Origin: Oopsacas minuta
Lineage: Eukaryota > Animalia > Porifera
DNA: 64,000 nucleotides
Assembly: GCA_024704765.1 (NCBI GenBank)
Contig: JAKMXF010000007.1
Location: 61,581 to 125,580, forward strand
Reading direction: 5' to 3'
Each line of letters opens with the position of its first letter. Position 1 is the first letter of the stretch. The notes under the pieces were generated by a model. That model was not told the DNA's origin. It searched no databases and saw nothing but the letters and a program-made list of their open reading frames with translations. The position numbers and the translations under genes were made by a program. Shown in pieces: positions 24,978 to 37,626 of this stretch.

Positions 24978-26416
24978 TGAGTAAAATGAAATCAAAGAAC
25001 TTGAGTAATAAATACTACCCCACATACTGTACTCTATTTTTACACATATTAACTAATTATATGCAATTCCAAGGCGTAACCTGAAATCTCGGAGCGAGTA
25101 GGTGAGGAGGAATATTTGCCTCATTAAATAGCGATTAGAATAAGGAGATGAGGGAGGGTGAAAATGCGAGTAGGCAATTGCTGCCTCTGCCTCAATGCTA
25201 TTTAATTCCCTGAAATAATTGTTGTTTTTCTGAATATGATTAAACAAAAGATAGAAATTTAAAAATATTAGAGTGACTACCTCTCAAAATATCAAATAAT
25301 TGTGATGAATTTGTATATTTCGCTACTAGAGCATTCTGGACGCATATGTAGAAGAATTACGCATGTCTTGCACGTATGACGAAATTTTCTAGATTATTTA
25401 TTGCCCTTGTACACATTTCTAAAAGATTAAACGTTAGAAATTTCCTCTTCTTCATGATCGGAGAATAATATACAATAGCACGGTAGCACCATGAGGCTAT
25501 GTAAAGTATTAATTCTCAGCCTCGCCCGTCCCAAATTTATCTCCCCGTCTGGTAACATTATTTTTGTATCTGAACATTTAGATAAGGATCATTCTGTGGT
25601 CGCAGATGCAAACCATATTTTGCTACTTGTATATGAATCAATTTATATATGTCCAGGCCCCAGAAGGTATATAATGACTAATGAGACTATGGAAATTCTA
25701 TTATATCTTGCAATGCTACAGTGGAACCTGCATAATCCAACACCTATATAACCTGGAAGACCTCTATAATCCGAAAGTGTTAATAGTCCGAATGAGCTTC
25801 CGACAATGCAAATTCAACTGAATAATCATACACTATTTCATGTCCCAGGACAAATTTTATATGCTGATTCAGTATCTGAAGATTTTCAAAATGGCAAATT
25901 GTAAACTATTCGAGATGAATTTTATGTTTATGAAAGAAATTATTTAGAATATTTTCGAAATAATAGCGTATTTATCTCACATATAAACCGGAAAGAGTTC
26001 TGTTTAACCAAAACTGGTAATTTTGTGAAGAACATCTAGAAATAGGTATACTAAAGGAACAAAAACACTAAATAGATTTTTTTCGTGGTAATTATCAGTG
26101 TCAGCTAGACAGAACTCTTTCCGATTATTAATGAGACACCGTTACACTAAAGTTCGAGATCTCTAACCTTTTGTAAATTTGCTAATTACCATGATGAATA
26201 AATATAATTGTGACGTGCTGTAATATATTGGACTTCATATTGATATTCAAAAATAGCATATCAAAAATGCTCCAAACACATTTGATTAAAAAATGATGAA
26301 AGACATAATAGTAATCAATTCTACTGCGGACAAATACATAATTCGATATTACACTTGTTGGCAGCCTTTTCATCGATTGTAGAACTTACCAAAAAATCTA
26401 CTCCTAGAACCTAGAT

Positions 26417-26899
26417 CAGAGATGGAACCGGTCGGGTCGGGTCGGGTACCGTTCGAAGATCTCGACCGACCGGCCATAATTTCTGAGTATGGTAAATCTG
26501 AATTTGATACTGTAATCATATTGACCAAAAACTTCTGTATTAAATGGGATTTATGTGTATAATCATCCACTATATACTGCCTGGCCAAAAGTATTCGAAC
26601 GCCACGGCCACAATTAGCACATGGCACCAATATAAATGCCACATTAGTTATAGACAAATTATTGAAAATCATTTCATACATTTTTGAATAAATATTAATT
26701 CATTAACCTTGAGGAAAAGAGATTTTCTACTTTCTGCTATATCCACAGAATATTCAACATATTCTCGCCGTGTGCCACTTGTGTCACAAGTGGCAGGGTG
26801 CTCCAATACTTTTGGCCATGCAGTGTATAGTCAAAGTTACCAGTCGACCGATCGACCGGTCGGGTCGGGTCATGAAAAAGCTGACCGGTTCCATCTCTG
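26417..26899. mobile_element. hAT MITE containing a nested Tc1-type MITE (26575-26825)
   Basis: TIR CAGAGATGGAACCGGTC with perfect 8-bp TSD ACCTAGAT. The inner element has TA flanks and (C/T)ACTGC(A/C)TGGCCAAAAGTATT TIRs. Confidence 0.9.
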
Positions 26900-27260
26900 A
26901 CCTAGATACATCCTAGAATTATTTGTATTGTGTACTTATTGATATTCAGTAACCTGCTAATGTTAGACACAGGAAATGTATTATTGTCGTATAACAGTGT
27001 TCCGTAACCCCCATTTACCGGAATGTATATGCACTTTACAGAATGCGAATTTTGAATTAGATTTGAATTAGATTTGCTTGTAGGTTTTGATTTCAATTAA
27101 TATTTTAGACACTAATCTGATCCTATTTAATATCTATGCAGCAGTCACTAACTTTGTTCCAGCCTACATGCCAGCAAACCTTTCGTCCATCAAATCCTAG
27201 GATAGTTTTTAGCATTACGTGGCGCTAAATTTTCGCTCACTAGTAATGTTAACAGATAAT

Positions 27261-27486
27261 CAGAGTTGCGGTGGAATGGAAATGGGAATCCTATGAAAGT
27301 CCTATTTCTGGAAATCCTTTAGGGTTAGTTCTTTGTAGTACTAGTAACCGTATACATTCCTAACAGGTAATATCATTTCCTATTTATTTAATCAAATTAA
27401 GTTATTAGGATGTGGGAATTCAATTGGAATCAAATGGGGAAATCATTTGGAAATGGGAGTGAAATTTCATTCCCAAGGCAACCCTG
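27261..27486. mobile_element. hAT MITE (CAG(A/G)GTTGC..TGG(G)AA ends); related partial copy at ~28680-28943
   Basis: TIR pair; TSD CAGATAAT / CACATAAT (7/8 match); AATGGGAA subterminal repeats. Confidence 0.75.
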
Positions 27487-28106
27487 CACATAATATTAAC
27501 ATATTCCAGATTAGGTGAAACAATTGCAAAATAAGAAAGTATGCGACGAATCCACTGGCCTGGACGACACCTGTTAGAGCTAGTGGGTGTCCTTGTGGAT
27601 TATGAACGTGAAATGCAATAGTTATACAAGAATGTCATCCCTGGATAAGGGAAATGCACCCCTAGACGGTTGTTAGATAAGAAATATGAAAATCATAAGT
27701 ACATAGTTATGCGACATCTCAGAATAGAGAAATTCGAATTACATACAACATTCCATAAACCCTTTCCTTGACAACGAACAACAGACATAAAAACAACAAT
27801 GGCAATTTAATAGTATAGATACACACACATACTTACAGGATAATTACTGTATATTTATTTGTATAGAAAAACAGATTAATCGCATTTTAATAGATTCAAT
27901 TGAGCAATAAAGGTATACAGGATATTATACAATACAAAGAGTCAAATACTGCAAGAAATATAATGTCATATTTAAGTTCAGATAATGCAAGGAATATGAT
28001 GTCATAAATACAAATGAGTATACATTGTATATAAAAGTTCGTAAATTATAAGAACTTAGCAGAGTCGAACACACGAAACAAACAATATCAGATTATATCA
28101 AGTATC

Positions 28107-28256
28107 ATGGGTAACGCTGTAACACGGGAAGGATCTGGAAATGCTGAAACATCTGAGCAAGGAGAGGGAGGATTGGAACCGGTAAGCCTAGTTATTGGAT
28201 TTATTGCAGGACTTATTGTGGGAACATCCAATGGAGACAGAAAAAATGATAATTAA
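28107..28256 (+). CDS. Candidate 49-aa microprotein MGNAVTREGSGNAETSEQGEGGLEPVSLVIGFIAGLIVGTSNGDRKNDN
   Basis: ATG-to-TAA ORF below the track cut-off, purine/G-rich against very AT-rich flanks. TATATAAAAG at 28028-28037 upstream, ATTAAA at 28334-28339 downstream. Confidence 0.4.
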   Translation: MGNAVTREGSGNAETSEQGEGGLEPVSLVIGFIAGLIVGTSNGDRKNDN

Positions 28257-29107
28257 TTAATGAGATATGTTGATTTTTTGTATTCTGTGCATATGTATTT
28301 ATGTCATGTAAATAATCACATACCTGAATAGTTATTAAACTACTGTTACATATGATTTTACACCTGTTAGAAGTTACACTTATTACCGAATATTTTAGAA
28401 GGGGAGTTTCACTATCCAGGTGGATAAAATATATAAGCGACGGCTACTTTGCTAGTAAGTATGGCATGACTATGACCCACCTTCCCCGTACTAGGGTCCT
28501 TAATTAAAGGGAGCAAGAGGTGGTACATATTACTGTTCCTCAAGTTTATTACCTTTCACTCGTTGTATGATGGTTGTATTAGAAACCATAAACCATAAAC
28601 AATGTCACAGAACCAAGTAACCATGTGAGGATTTTGACCAGGGTTTGAAACTACGAGGTTGGGTTTTATGTGTTTCACGTGTGCCGTGGGAAATAGGAAT
28701 GTGTTTTTCCTTATGGAAATTCCCGTAGGAAACACAGTCCTATGGGAATCTGCTGGAAACCATATAGAAATCCTTAGAGAATCCTGTGGAAGTTCTAATG
28801 TAGAGTTTTGAAATTATTTTCAACTAAATACTACATGCCAATTTATGTGAACCCCTACATGTCCATTATACTCAGTGGGAAATCCGATGGGAAACTCCAA
28901 AGAGTTAGGAATGGGAATGGAAATTCCTTCCACGGCCAACCCTGAATATTACGTACTTTAACAGACATCTCCTACTTCAAAATTCTGGATATAAACAAAT
29001 CCAGCGATATAAACGTGCTAACAAATGTGATATTCGTCTTCTCTATATGGCCCTGCAAATACAGGTACTACATGGTTCAAGTGCTTAGTAAAACACATCA
29101 AAAAGAG

Positions 29108-30105
29108 TTAGTGTTGAAGTTCTTTCAATAATTCATTAATTTCAAGATCAGAAAGACACAAATTTTCTTTCATAAAGGCTTTACAAATTCTTTCTGCAAC
29201 AATTATTGCTGTTTTCTCCCTTAACTCTTCAGACATTTCTGGCTTACTTGATGCCAATATTTTCATTTCTTTCATGATAGTTTCATAATATATTTTAGTG
29301 ACTTTCACGCCGCTATACTTCGATTTCAAACTTTCTCCAGAATTTTGTTTTAGGATTTCTTCTGTATTTCCACACAGCTGTTCTCTCCCTATCGCTGTGG
29401 TATCAGAATTGGGCTCTTGCCTTTGACCTGAAGTTTCGGTGTTTGGATTGTTTGCAGTCCAAACTTCCAGATTAATTGTTTTAGCAATCGTGACATCAAT
29501 TTCAATAATCATCTCACTTACTCTTGTATGATTTTCCCTAAATATTTTCAATATTTCACTCTGATTGATTGTTTGATACAGTATCTTGGATAATTCGTAT
29601 AATTTGGCTCGCTCTTTAAACCCTGGTTGAATGTGTTGACTTCCCAGATACTGTATGTGCCAAAATATTCCATCTTTACATTGCATTCTTTTGGAGTTTC
29701 AATATATTGTATTGCTAACAATAGAGCTTCAAATTGAGATCTTAATCTCTGTATAAATTCAAAACGAGCTGTACTTTTGTTCGAATATCCAATCGATTCA
29801 CTATTTGAATCGTATATTGTTAGTAAAGACTTAAATACCTTAATCTGACCAAAAAGTTCAATGTAGAGTTTGATTCCTGATTGAATCTCTTCCTTCAAAT
29901 TATTGAGATCAATCAGAAATGATTCTGTATTTATCTGAACCCTCTCACCAGCATACCAGTCCATAAGAAATTCTGTAAAAGTTTGTTTAGTTTCAAGGTT
30001 AGCGAATAGGTTAATGCAATAATTAATATCTGTTAACACATCGGTGTAGGCTGTTATGACATCTCTTTCACAAATATTCTTAACTGTCTGTTCATAGCTT
30101 GCCAT
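29108..30105 (-). CDS. Orphan protein split across two overlapping frames (30105-29548 and ~29698-29108), ~330 aa if joined
   Basis: Two long, helical-looking ORFs in AT-rich DNA that overlap in the -1 relation; no recognised domain. Confidence 0.55.
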
Positions 30106-31039
30106 CGAGAGGTGAGTTTAAGGTCTAAGTTTATATGTATAGTATCACCCGCTTAATGTATTCACTTCGGGACAGGGTAGTGCCGATTACTTTTAAATGA
30201 TTACTATAACATTTACAAAATAACAGTTAGGAATCGATATAATAATATATCAGGGTGTCACTAAATGTCAATCATGTTCTGAAAAATATAGCTCATGGAT
30301 CAAAACATGTATTTTCGTTAATGCAATTCAATTTGTAAACAACCATATTAGCTATAAATAATATTTACACAGAAATAGAACCAAAATAACAAAATTTCCA
30401 TCAGTCATAACACTCTCTAAACATCAAAATATGATAGATCCAGTGATAAATGCATTTGACGATAGGACAAATTAGTGAAATTTTGATATACACATTTTTT
30501 CTTTTTTCGCCCGGAAGTAGATTTCAAAAATATTTTCATTGAATTCTACGTTAAAAATACGTGTTTTAATACCAAATTACAATGGTCCATATTTTTCTAA
30601 ACATGATCGACATTCAGGGACGCAGTAAATCCCATAGTAGGACTGAATCACAAATTTGATATACTGAATTCGTACATACCAACCTTAATGTATACATACA
30701 CGCCAAGTAACCACCATTTGTAGCCATATTTTGTATTACCAAATTATATATATTTGATTCATTCTAGAAGTTTATGCAAATTATCCACTCAATGTTATGC
30801 TAGTGTCATTTTGTACATAGAATCTATTATCCTTATTTGTATAATTTGTAATAAACCGGAAAACGGTGTAATGACCAGCATATGGAGAGTAAATGGTGGG
30901 GTCTATGTGTTAACCAATGCGGGACATGTCCATGCGATTTCTAGGGACATTTGATCATTTCTCGGACTTTGCGGACCAAAGTGGACAATAGATTAAATAT
31001 GGAGAAACTCATCTAGCTTATTAATTACGTGGGTTATCT

Positions 31040-34000
31040 CAGGGCCGGATTTACCTGGAGTGGACCGAAGGCTGGACCAAACAAGTGGCCCGAAACATGG
31101 TCGACATTGGTCTGTGCCCCCCCCCAAATTTGAATTATTTTACAACTAGAAAGTGCTATATTTTACAGCGCAGGGGTCTCTGTCAATATTGGGTTGGAAT
31201 AAATGAAATGACCTGAAGTGGCATGATGGTTAATATTACATATTTCAAAAGTAAACAATGATGCGTTTTCTTCTCTAGCGTCATCGAATGGTCTCGTTGG
31301 TCATCGTGCTCGCCGTTTATCCAATGTATAAGTGTAGCAACCAGTCAGTTCCATACCCTCGAGTTCATATTTTTCAAATTGTTCGCGAAACATATTCAGA
31401 AATTTGTGTAGGCTATTCATCAATACAATTGCAGAGGACAGTTCAATGCTAGCACTTTGCAAAGATTTGCTGCACTTTTGAATCTTTCAAGGATGTTATC
31501 CCAAACAACGCACATAATTCCAATTTCCAATCGATTCATTGATTCCGCAATACACTGAGCCTCATGACGGGCCCCTTCTTTCTGGTTAGTATAGTCTGTA
31601 ATTCTCCAGAGGCTGGTCGAATAAATGCGTACCCTTTGTGCAGGGCGTTTGTGGCATTGCCATGTGCTGACCAGTGTGTATCAGCAAGACATTTCGGAAC
31701 ACTTTATTTGGACCCTTTCAATGCGTCCGTTAAAAATGCCCAGCGAGATGTTGAGATCGAGAAAAACGTGTATATTTTCTGGATAACGCCAAAGAATGAT
31801 ACAGTTTGAATCAGAGTTACATGCGGGGCAGGCCGGCAGGTGCGGGCTGAGTTATTTTGTTGCGGGCCTTAGGTCTGGATCAAGCCCGCAGCAGGTCCGC
31901 ACAATACCTGATAGTACTGAGTTTATAATCCACGAATGGAAGATATTTACTAGATATTAATCGTCCGTCCTAACGATAGTTTATCTGCAAATTGCGAATT
32001 CAATGATGTAATTGAACTTCTATGTTTCGAAGAATTGACTAATCTTAACGTTGTTGATGATTCGTAATTGTTACCTTTATGTACGTATTCCCATTACCAC
32101 AATGAATAGATATCTGTATTATACTTTTGACACAAACAGTAAATACTTACACCACTCAATGTAAAAATTGTTATTTATTGAGGCGAGAAGTGACTATAGC
32201 ATCTGAGGGATGATTGATTTTCGCGTCCTATAAATTCAATATCTCTATCTGTTAGTTATACAACGACAACCTGATTTAGAAATGGCTACTAATAATGAAC
32301 AACTCGGAACTACACATCCTTCTCGATCAGAGGTAGAATTAATCTTGAAGAATAATCCGCAACGTGCAGAACTAATCGTCAACCCAAATAGCTATTCAGA
32401 AGTTCGGGGAGGCTACAAACTAATTAGAATAGACGGATTCCCAGTGAATGATCAATGCACCTGTATTCGCTGCATGAAGGTGTTTTTCTGTTCTCGAAAT
32501 GCAGGAACATCTCATCTTATTCGACATCAGAAATGCTGCAGGACCTCTGACTTACGCTCGCAAAGAACCATTAAACAGTTCACTAAAGTACATCTCAAGC
32601 TAACTAAAGAAGAAGCTAATTCAATCAAGGAATCCCAGTTGGCGATATGTACATTGGATTACCAAAGCTTTCACTCTCTGGAGTCTGAGGGTTTCGCAAA
32701 TTTGCACAAACATTTGTTGATTTGGGAACGAAGTGAGGCCGTTTTGAAGTATCTATCACCGAAGGTACACTTTTTGGACGAAATGCTGTGCAGCACCATT
32801 GCTTGTCGAAAGCCGCTACACTACAGAACAAGCTGAAAGATGCGCTGGTTGAGCCGATATCTGCCTCCGCAGTTGCGCTTACCACTGACATATGGACAGA
32901 TAACTACCGAAAATTGAGCTACCTGGACGTACACACATTCTGGATCACGGATGATTTCAAATTGGAGCACAGTCTATTGGCAGTTGACCACTTCGGAACC
33001 GACTCCCACACTGGTGACAACATCTTGAAACACTACAGCCGCATTGTTGAAGAATATGGCCCTGATCAGCGTTTCCGCACCTGTTGTAACGGGCAAAGGG
33101 TCTAACATGGTCGCTGGTTTACGTGATGCCCCCAGAATTGACTGCGCTTGTCATCGTCTGCGCACTGTCTTCAATGAGGCATATAAAGAAACCCAGAATC
33201 AGTGCCCAAAGTTTAAAGAATATGAAGAAGCTGCATGTATTCTCTGCAAACACGTGAAACAGGCTACAGGTATTCAAGAAACTTTGCCTGTATCAATCAA
33301 ACATGGGAAAATACACGTCCATGGACATCCATCTACCGCCGTTCACACAGCATTGACAAAAGCTACATGAAACTCTCAGAGAAGCTGACAGAGAGAGGGC
33401 GACTATCAATTCTAGCTGCTGTCGACAAGTGCCTGAATGACTAAGTAAGGGATGTGGCAGAGTTGTTCAGTGATGTTTTGAGAACCTGCAGTACAGCAGA
33501 CATCCGACAATTAATATTATCATCCCTTCATATTATAAGCTGTATGCCATGGGAGCCATCGACGAGCAGGACAGTATTGAAATAGCAGCTCTTAAAAACA
33601 ACTTTATTCTACTTTTGCAAAAGAAGTTTTACACTTCGATAACCTAATATCATTGGATCGCCACCTTACTTGAGCCTGGGTTTAAGTCATTCAGTGTCTT
33701 ACCTAACTCCACCTCAAGCGGACAAGAAGCATCCCAGAATTGTTAGCTACATTGCACGGTCTGCAACAGGCCAACAGCGAAGCGGTACAGGAATCATTTT
33801 CCCCAATATCATCTATCGAATTATCCGAGACAGAGATAGATAAACCACCAAAAAAGAAACCAAATCTTTGTTTGCATCCATGCGAGACAACTGCCAACCG
33901 TCTGAGCATGCCCAGGATGCAACACTTACCTTAAAGGAGGAGTTAAAATCTATCTAGCTGGTGAGGCTACGATGAAGATGATCCTCTAACATATTGGGCC

Positions 34001-36266
34001 ACCGTCCACCGCCGTCTCCCCATCTTAGGGAAACTAGTTCGCCAAGTTCTCTGTTGTCCAGCCAATTCTGCTCTATCAGAACCAGACTTTTCGCATACCG
34101 GACTTATAATAACCGCTAGGAGATCTCTGCTTTCGCCGAAATATGTGTCTGCATTAGAATTTATTGCTTCAGCCCATCGTGCTGGATTCTGTTAAGATTC
34201 TTTCATTAGTTTATTAAAATACCTATAGTCTTTCTCAATACGTATTCTCTATGGTGCACTAAGATTTGTATGGCGAAACAAATGTTCTGGATATTCGCGG
34301 TCCTGTTGCGGGCTGGGCCGCGGTTACGAAATTTCGGCCCGCATGCAACTCTGGCTTGAATGCAGCAATTAACTGCAGATTGTCCGACCAAATTCAAAGA
34401 ATGTACGGCACATGGACATAATGTGCTTGAAGAATGACATCCTTGATATGCTTCTGCATTCCCGAATACTTGTCCGACATGTTACTGGGATTATCATATG
34501 TTTATCCACGACAATGCTCAATGTTGACTCCATTTAATTTCAGGAAGTTTAGAAGAATTTCTGCCAAGTTATCGCCTGTGTGGTGGCCCACAATTTGGAT
34601 GAATGTGATGAATCTCTCAACTGGTTCATGCGTTGAGAAGTTCACATAGCGGAGGACAATCGTGAGTTGATCGAGATGTGCTATGTCGGGGGTTGAGTCA
34701 ACTGAAATAGCGAAATATCGGGCTTGATTGATTTCTGATTCTATGGTGTCTAGCAGTTTTTTCCCCATTACGTTTATAAACTCTTCAGCTATCGTCTTAG
34801 ACAAATAAGAAGTGATTCCACTCCCTAATTTCCCTTCTCCTTGATGTGATGAGAAAGGAATGGATCGAATTTTGCAATAACTTCCAAAAGTCCAAGATAG
34901 TTGCCATTGTGAACAGAGTTGAATCGTTCATCTGACCCTCGAAACTCGAGACAACGTTCATCCAGGAAAGAAATTGCAACAACGATTCGTTGAAATACCT
35001 CTATCCAATACTTGACTTGGGTTTGATATTGTTGTTCAATTTCCTTGTCGATGCGGCCAGCAACATTTTGAAGTGTAAATATGGCCACCAAAGCAGACCG
35101 GTGTTTCTCACTGTTCTCGTATTTCGCGATACTGATTGTATTTTCCAGTCATTGAACCTTGAACTAGCGAATTGATTTGCTCGGTCATCTGACAGTAGGA
35201 GACAGCAGAAACAATATAAACGATTCGTTGAAGGAAAATAGATCAGCCACTGTCTTAGTCAAACTCCCTTGTTGGGCATGATGCATTGAAATAACGACTC
35301 ATTGAGATAGCGACTTTGATTCGCGTAATTCCGTTTGGTTTTGCTGAAATCTGCACCCTATTTATTTCGACAATGATCAGGACCTTCTTGTATCCACTAT
35401 TTCCTCAATTTTTCAGGGGTAGGTTCTGGTCATTGTCCGGGATCAGTACTGAATGCCTCGTACGTCAAATCCAGATTTACCAGATCAGCCTCTAGAACCG
35501 AGAGAGTAGATATTGCTGTAGGTAGGTTGAAGGGATTGTCGCTATGAAAATGGGGATCAAATCTTGGACTGGATCTGGATGTATGTTCGGTAATCGTATG
35601 TTCAGTGGGTGAAGAAGGTATACCTTCTCTACCTAATGCATCTATGCAATTGGCGTTTGTTTCATCGTGAAGAACGTGTCGAGTTAGACAACGGATTGAA
35701 GCAAGGCATCCTCCCGATTGCGCTTCTCTTCGGATTCCTTCTTTCGTTCCCATCCACCTTTGCGTTTTGACATAGCTGAGAATTAAAACTATATTTTGAA
35801 GATATGAAAATATAATGTCATTTTTTCAGAAAGTCAGCCTGATATTATATGGGCAATTATTCACCTACTAATAAAATATTGAATTGAGTTTTGAAATCAC
35901 ACGAAAGAAGAATGTTTACACTTTCTAGAACTGATTAGAACCACTAAATCAAGCAAATAGAGATTTCGAAATGCTAGAATATTAATTGAATAATCTAGTT
36001 ATGAATTTTAGAATAAAACAATAGAAAATATTGGAATCATAGAAAGATCTATAATATTGAGATAATTAAATCTAAAACAGTTTTCCAAATTATACTAAAA
36101 TCAATATAATGGTGTTCAGGAGTATATTATTGATAGAGAGTTCAACTTCTTAAGTTCGAATTGCAAATATATTTCTAATTTAGAAATTTTAGTCTTTAAG
36201 AACGACCCTTTGTATAAGTGACCCGAAGGCTATAGCCTACTTAGCCTAATGGTAAATCCGGCACTG
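31040..36266 (-). mobile_element. hAT-Tip100/ZMYM-like (TTF-Zn/DUF4371) transposon, decayed, interrupted by a nested hAT
   Basis: TIR CAG(G/T)GCCGGATTTACC (15/16 match); TSD GGTTATCT / GGTTAACT. Motifs FAISVDSTPDIAHLDQL..VLRYV and PCAVHSLNL; the frame resumes after the insert (CIQ / IQTVSFFGVIQKIY). Confidence 0.88.
31812..34353 (+). mobile_element. hAT (Ac/hobo-type, BED finger) transposon, decayed transposase ~32282-34195
   Basis: TIR CAGAGTT(A/G)CATGCGGG; TSD GTTTGAAT / GCTTGAAT. BED-like CIRC..H..C, LTTDIWTD, CACHRL, RPWTSIY, CCPANSALSE. Confidence 0.88.
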
Positions 36267-37231
36267 GGTTAACTGTAATTGAAATTATTATTTAAGATCA
36301 GAAAAATAGTAATAATCAACATTCAAAAGTAAATAACTACACTAATATTTGAGACGTAGTGTGACTACTAGTGTTCCGGTTTTTCCCCGACAATCGAGGA
36401 CAAAAGAGGGACAGGGGACAAATCACTAAATTTGGCCTAAAATTGTGACGGTTGGCATGTAAGTGATTTGACAATAAATTTAAAGATAATCATTTTATTA
36501 GTAGAAAAATTGTGCCATCCATGGTCTCAATTGCAAACTCAGTGACGTGCCAACTTTATCAATACAAATTTTGTAGTGATAAAGTTGGCACGTTACTGAA
36601 TTTAAAAACTTTTGGTTTATTAGAGCGTTTGAAAATCGGGTATTTTTGAGTTTTTTTATAGTAATAGCCAGATATTACTATAAGAAATTATTGCAATAAC
36701 GATTATTTCGAGGTTCCTTGAATTTTGGAGCTTTCTTTTGTTACAATTTCCAATTTTCCACTTGTTAGAATAATTAAGGCATTAACTCACTTATTAGAAT
36801 GTTAAAGTTCCAAAAGTCTAACAAATGAAGCGCCATCATTATACTTGATATAAGGCCTAACAGTAAAAGTACCAGGGATGCTGTATTGCTTAAAGCATTG
36901 ATATACATACATGGGATCTTAATTGTAGAAGAAGTGCATTTTTGCCTGAATAAATGTATTACATATTTGTAGAAGATCAAATTTTATCCCAATAAAATTT
37001 CAGGAATGTGTCAAAATTAGTGTATGTTATGGGCCTTATGAGAAATTGGGCATTATGCATAATGCCCAATTTCTCATACTGCCCATAACATGTTATAATA
37101 GTGAGCATGTATTTAGCAATTAAATTATTCTTTGATACATGAACGATAAATATTGCATTTATTATCTCCAAGTGAATACATTAAATGACCTATAGATGAT
37201 AAATTTTTATTAATATTCAATTACTATAACT

Positions 37232-37500
37232 CAAAAATCGCTAAAATTTTGGTAAAATCAGAAATGCCAATTTATACAATATCCCCGACTTCCCATATCC
37301 TAGAAATACATTTTGATATAGAATAATTGAAGAATATTGCGCAAACATGAAAATGACTATGTATATGAGCATCGTCAAATTGGTACGGGACATCATATCA
37401 AATTTTATTACAAGGGTATGGGAAGTCGGGTATATAGTAAGAATTGGCTATTCTGATTCAACAACGAGATAATTTTGTATAACAAATTTTTGATATTTTG
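37232..37500. mobile_element. Degenerate MITE with inverted arms
   Basis: CCCGACTTCCCATA (~37284) is inverted as TATGGGAAGTCGGG (~37417), with further degenerate pairing outward. Confidence 0.45.
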
Positions 37501-37626
37501 TATAAAAGAATCTATAAATCATTACCAAAGGTTGCACCGAATAGTTCAATATTCAGTTTCAAACAGAATATCGAATATCAGTAGCAAGTGCCAACAGTAA
37601 TGTTGCCAGGATTTTCTACCTGGGGG

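Noticed and set aside
25480-26380. Protein-like fragments with scattered stops
   Set aside because: Possibly a decayed gene, but I cannot assign a family; too degraded to support a call.
30675-36459. A further outer element enclosing the 31040 hAT (CATACCAACC / GGTTGGCATG)
   Set aside because: Only a ~10-bp imperfect inverted repeat with no convincing TSD.
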